Positions 35,796 to 36,799 of a DNA stretch of 36,799 nt are shown here, piece by piece. Each line of letters starts with the position of its first letter. The first letter of the stretch is position 1. A program made the position numbers and the translations under genes. Origin of the DNA: Planctomycetales bacterium (GTDB lineage: Bacteria; Omnitrophota; Gorgyraeia; Aquiviventales; Aquiviventaceae); contig SBAZ01000152.1 in the NCBI GenBank assembly GCA_005239935.1, forward strand, positions 1-36,799, given 5' to 3'. The notes beneath the pieces were generated by a model. The model saw nothing but the letters and a program-made list of their open reading frames with translations. It made no database searches and was not told the origin of the DNA.

Positions 35796-35798
35796 TGG

Positions 35799-36407
35799 TC
35801 ACTTCGAGAGTGTCCTGTGGCGGCGGATGAGCTGCGCGAGTTGCTCATCAAGCCACCGACGAAATTTCACGTTATGAAATTCGAGTGTCGCGACGCCATA
35901 CGCCGATGTTTGTCGAGTCGGCTCACTGCGACTGTCCGTATGACGATAAACGCGCACCTGCCTCGCCGGCAACGCCAGCTTACGTGCCCAATAACGCCGA
36001 GCCCGCCCCAACGGGAAGGGCTGGTTGACGCGAACGTACACTTTGAGCTTGTCTTCCTCAACTCCACCAATCTGCCTGAGGAATTGAGCAAACAACTGGA
36101 GAACCTCTGCGTCAAGGTTGCCGATCTGGACCCTGTCACGCTTCTTGCTCCCTTCGGCCCAATGCAAGGCAAGCGCCGCGGCGGTCAGCTCTTGCTGCGT
36201 GCGTGTCAGGCGCGACGTGATCTGGAATGGATCGCCATCGGGGTGAAGCTTCACGTACGTGCTCTCGCTCCAGGACCGCCTGGCGATGCCATAGCGCTTT
36301 AGCCAATAGAGTACGGTCGCGTGCGTCGTCCCCAACGTGTGAGCAGTTTCGGCCATCGAGAGGTGACGTCCCTGATAGAGTGCGAGCAAGGTGTCCCGTT
36401 CAATCAT
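35799..36407 (-). CDS. Hypothetical HTH + LAGLIDADG-like protein next to tRNA-Val
   Basis: N-terminal HTH (LSMAETAHTLGTTHATVLYWLKRYGI) and ALALHWAEGSK...NLD...F..FL...YW motif. Codon usage looks less GC-biased than the neighbours (by eye). Confidence 0.65.
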   Translation of the reverse strand: MIERDTLLALYQGRHLSMAETAHTLGTTHATVLYWLKRYGIARRSWSESTYVKLHPDGDPFQITSRLTRTQQELTAAALALHWAEGSKKRDRVQIGNLDAEVLQLFAQFLRQIGGVEEDKLKVYVRVNQPFPLGRARRYWARKLALPARQVRVYRHTDSRSEPTRQTSAYGVATLEFHNVKFRRWLDEQLAQLIRRHRTLSK

Positions 36408-36420
36408 TCGAAGGAAAACC

Positions 36421-36494
36421 TGGGCGGTACAGGATTTGAACCTGTGACCTCATGGATGTCGACCATGCGCTCTAACCAGCTGAGCTAACCGCCC
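36421..36494 (-). tRNA. tRNA-Val(GAC)
   Basis: GGGCGGTTAGCTCAG...CATGG-TC-GAC-AT-CCATG...GGTTCAAATCC...CCGCCCA; CCA not encoded. Confidence 0.96.
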
Positions 36495-36531
36495 GCGCAT
36501 CCTTCTTCAAGAATGTCCGCCACGAAAACGG

Positions 36532-36617
36532 TGCCGGGGGTGGGATTCGAACCCACACGCCCCGTGCGGGGCTTGGGATTTTAAGTCCCAATTGTCTGCC
36601 AATTCCAGCACCCCGGC
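36532..36617 (-). tRNA. tRNA-Leu(TAA)
   Basis: GCCGGGGTGCTGGAATTGGCAGAC...TGGGA-CT-TAA-AA-TCCCA, long variable arm and GGTTCGAATCC. Confidence 0.96.
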
Positions 36618-36639
36618 GCGCAGTCTGCCCGAAGAAAAC

Positions 36640-36799
36640 GAGGCGCGGATCGGAATCGAACCGATGTATAAGGGTTTTGTCCCTCGACTCGCTCGCGCCG
36701 GAGAAGGCGAGGCGGCGATCGGAATCGAACCGATGTATAAGGGTTTTGTCCCTCGACTCGCTCGCGCCGGAGAAGGCGAGGCGGCGATCGGAATCGAAC
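36640..36799 (-). repeat. 69-bp tandem repeat (2.3 copies visible, truncated) containing the 3' half of tRNA-Cys
   Basis: Units start at 36640, 36709 and 36778. Each complete unit has CAAAACCCTTATACATCGGTTCGATTCCGAT-acceptor strand-TC plus an identical 29-bp linker. Confidence 0.85.

Noticed and set aside
22362-36302. Long plus-strand ORFs (22362-24497, 27763-30213, 34407-36302 and similar ones elsewhere)
   Set aside because: They are antisense shadows of well-identified high-GC genes and have no recognisable motifs.
36640-36799. CRISPR array
   Set aside because: The linkers are identical, the repeat is tRNA-derived, and no cas genes are present.

Overview
High-GC bacterial chromosomal window with almost all genes on the minus strand. 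The gene set and short PheT suggest a PVC-related lineage such as Ca. Omnitrophota, but this is an unverified guess. From high to low coordinates: a tRNA cluster (tRNA-Cys-derived 69-bp tandem repeats, Leu-TAA, Val-GAC), an HTH/LAGLIDADG-like ORF, thrS-infC-rpmI-rplT-(APC/USP transporter)-pheST, cysC-cysH, 6S RNA, rarA, a sulfur-assimilation operon (sat, ABC ATPase and permease, JAMM protease, two TusA-like proteins, cysK, ThrC-like enzyme, MoaD/CysO carrier, NIL protein, CaCA antiporter), a glycogen cluster, mdh-citrate synthase-sucCD, nifU, a Fur-led iron-uptake operon, and nadE with a GlnR-like regulator. The most unusual feature is a family of five 100-160 bp palindromic elements with ends TCCCACCACCTGC...GCAGGTGGTGGG. 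Four are flanked by a duplicated ATGA and carry a stop-free mini-ORF (MIPPPA...VVG* or ...VGG*) that starts at the first ATGA and stops at the second. The fifth is fused in frame to the next gene. In every case a path for translational coupling survives the insertion.
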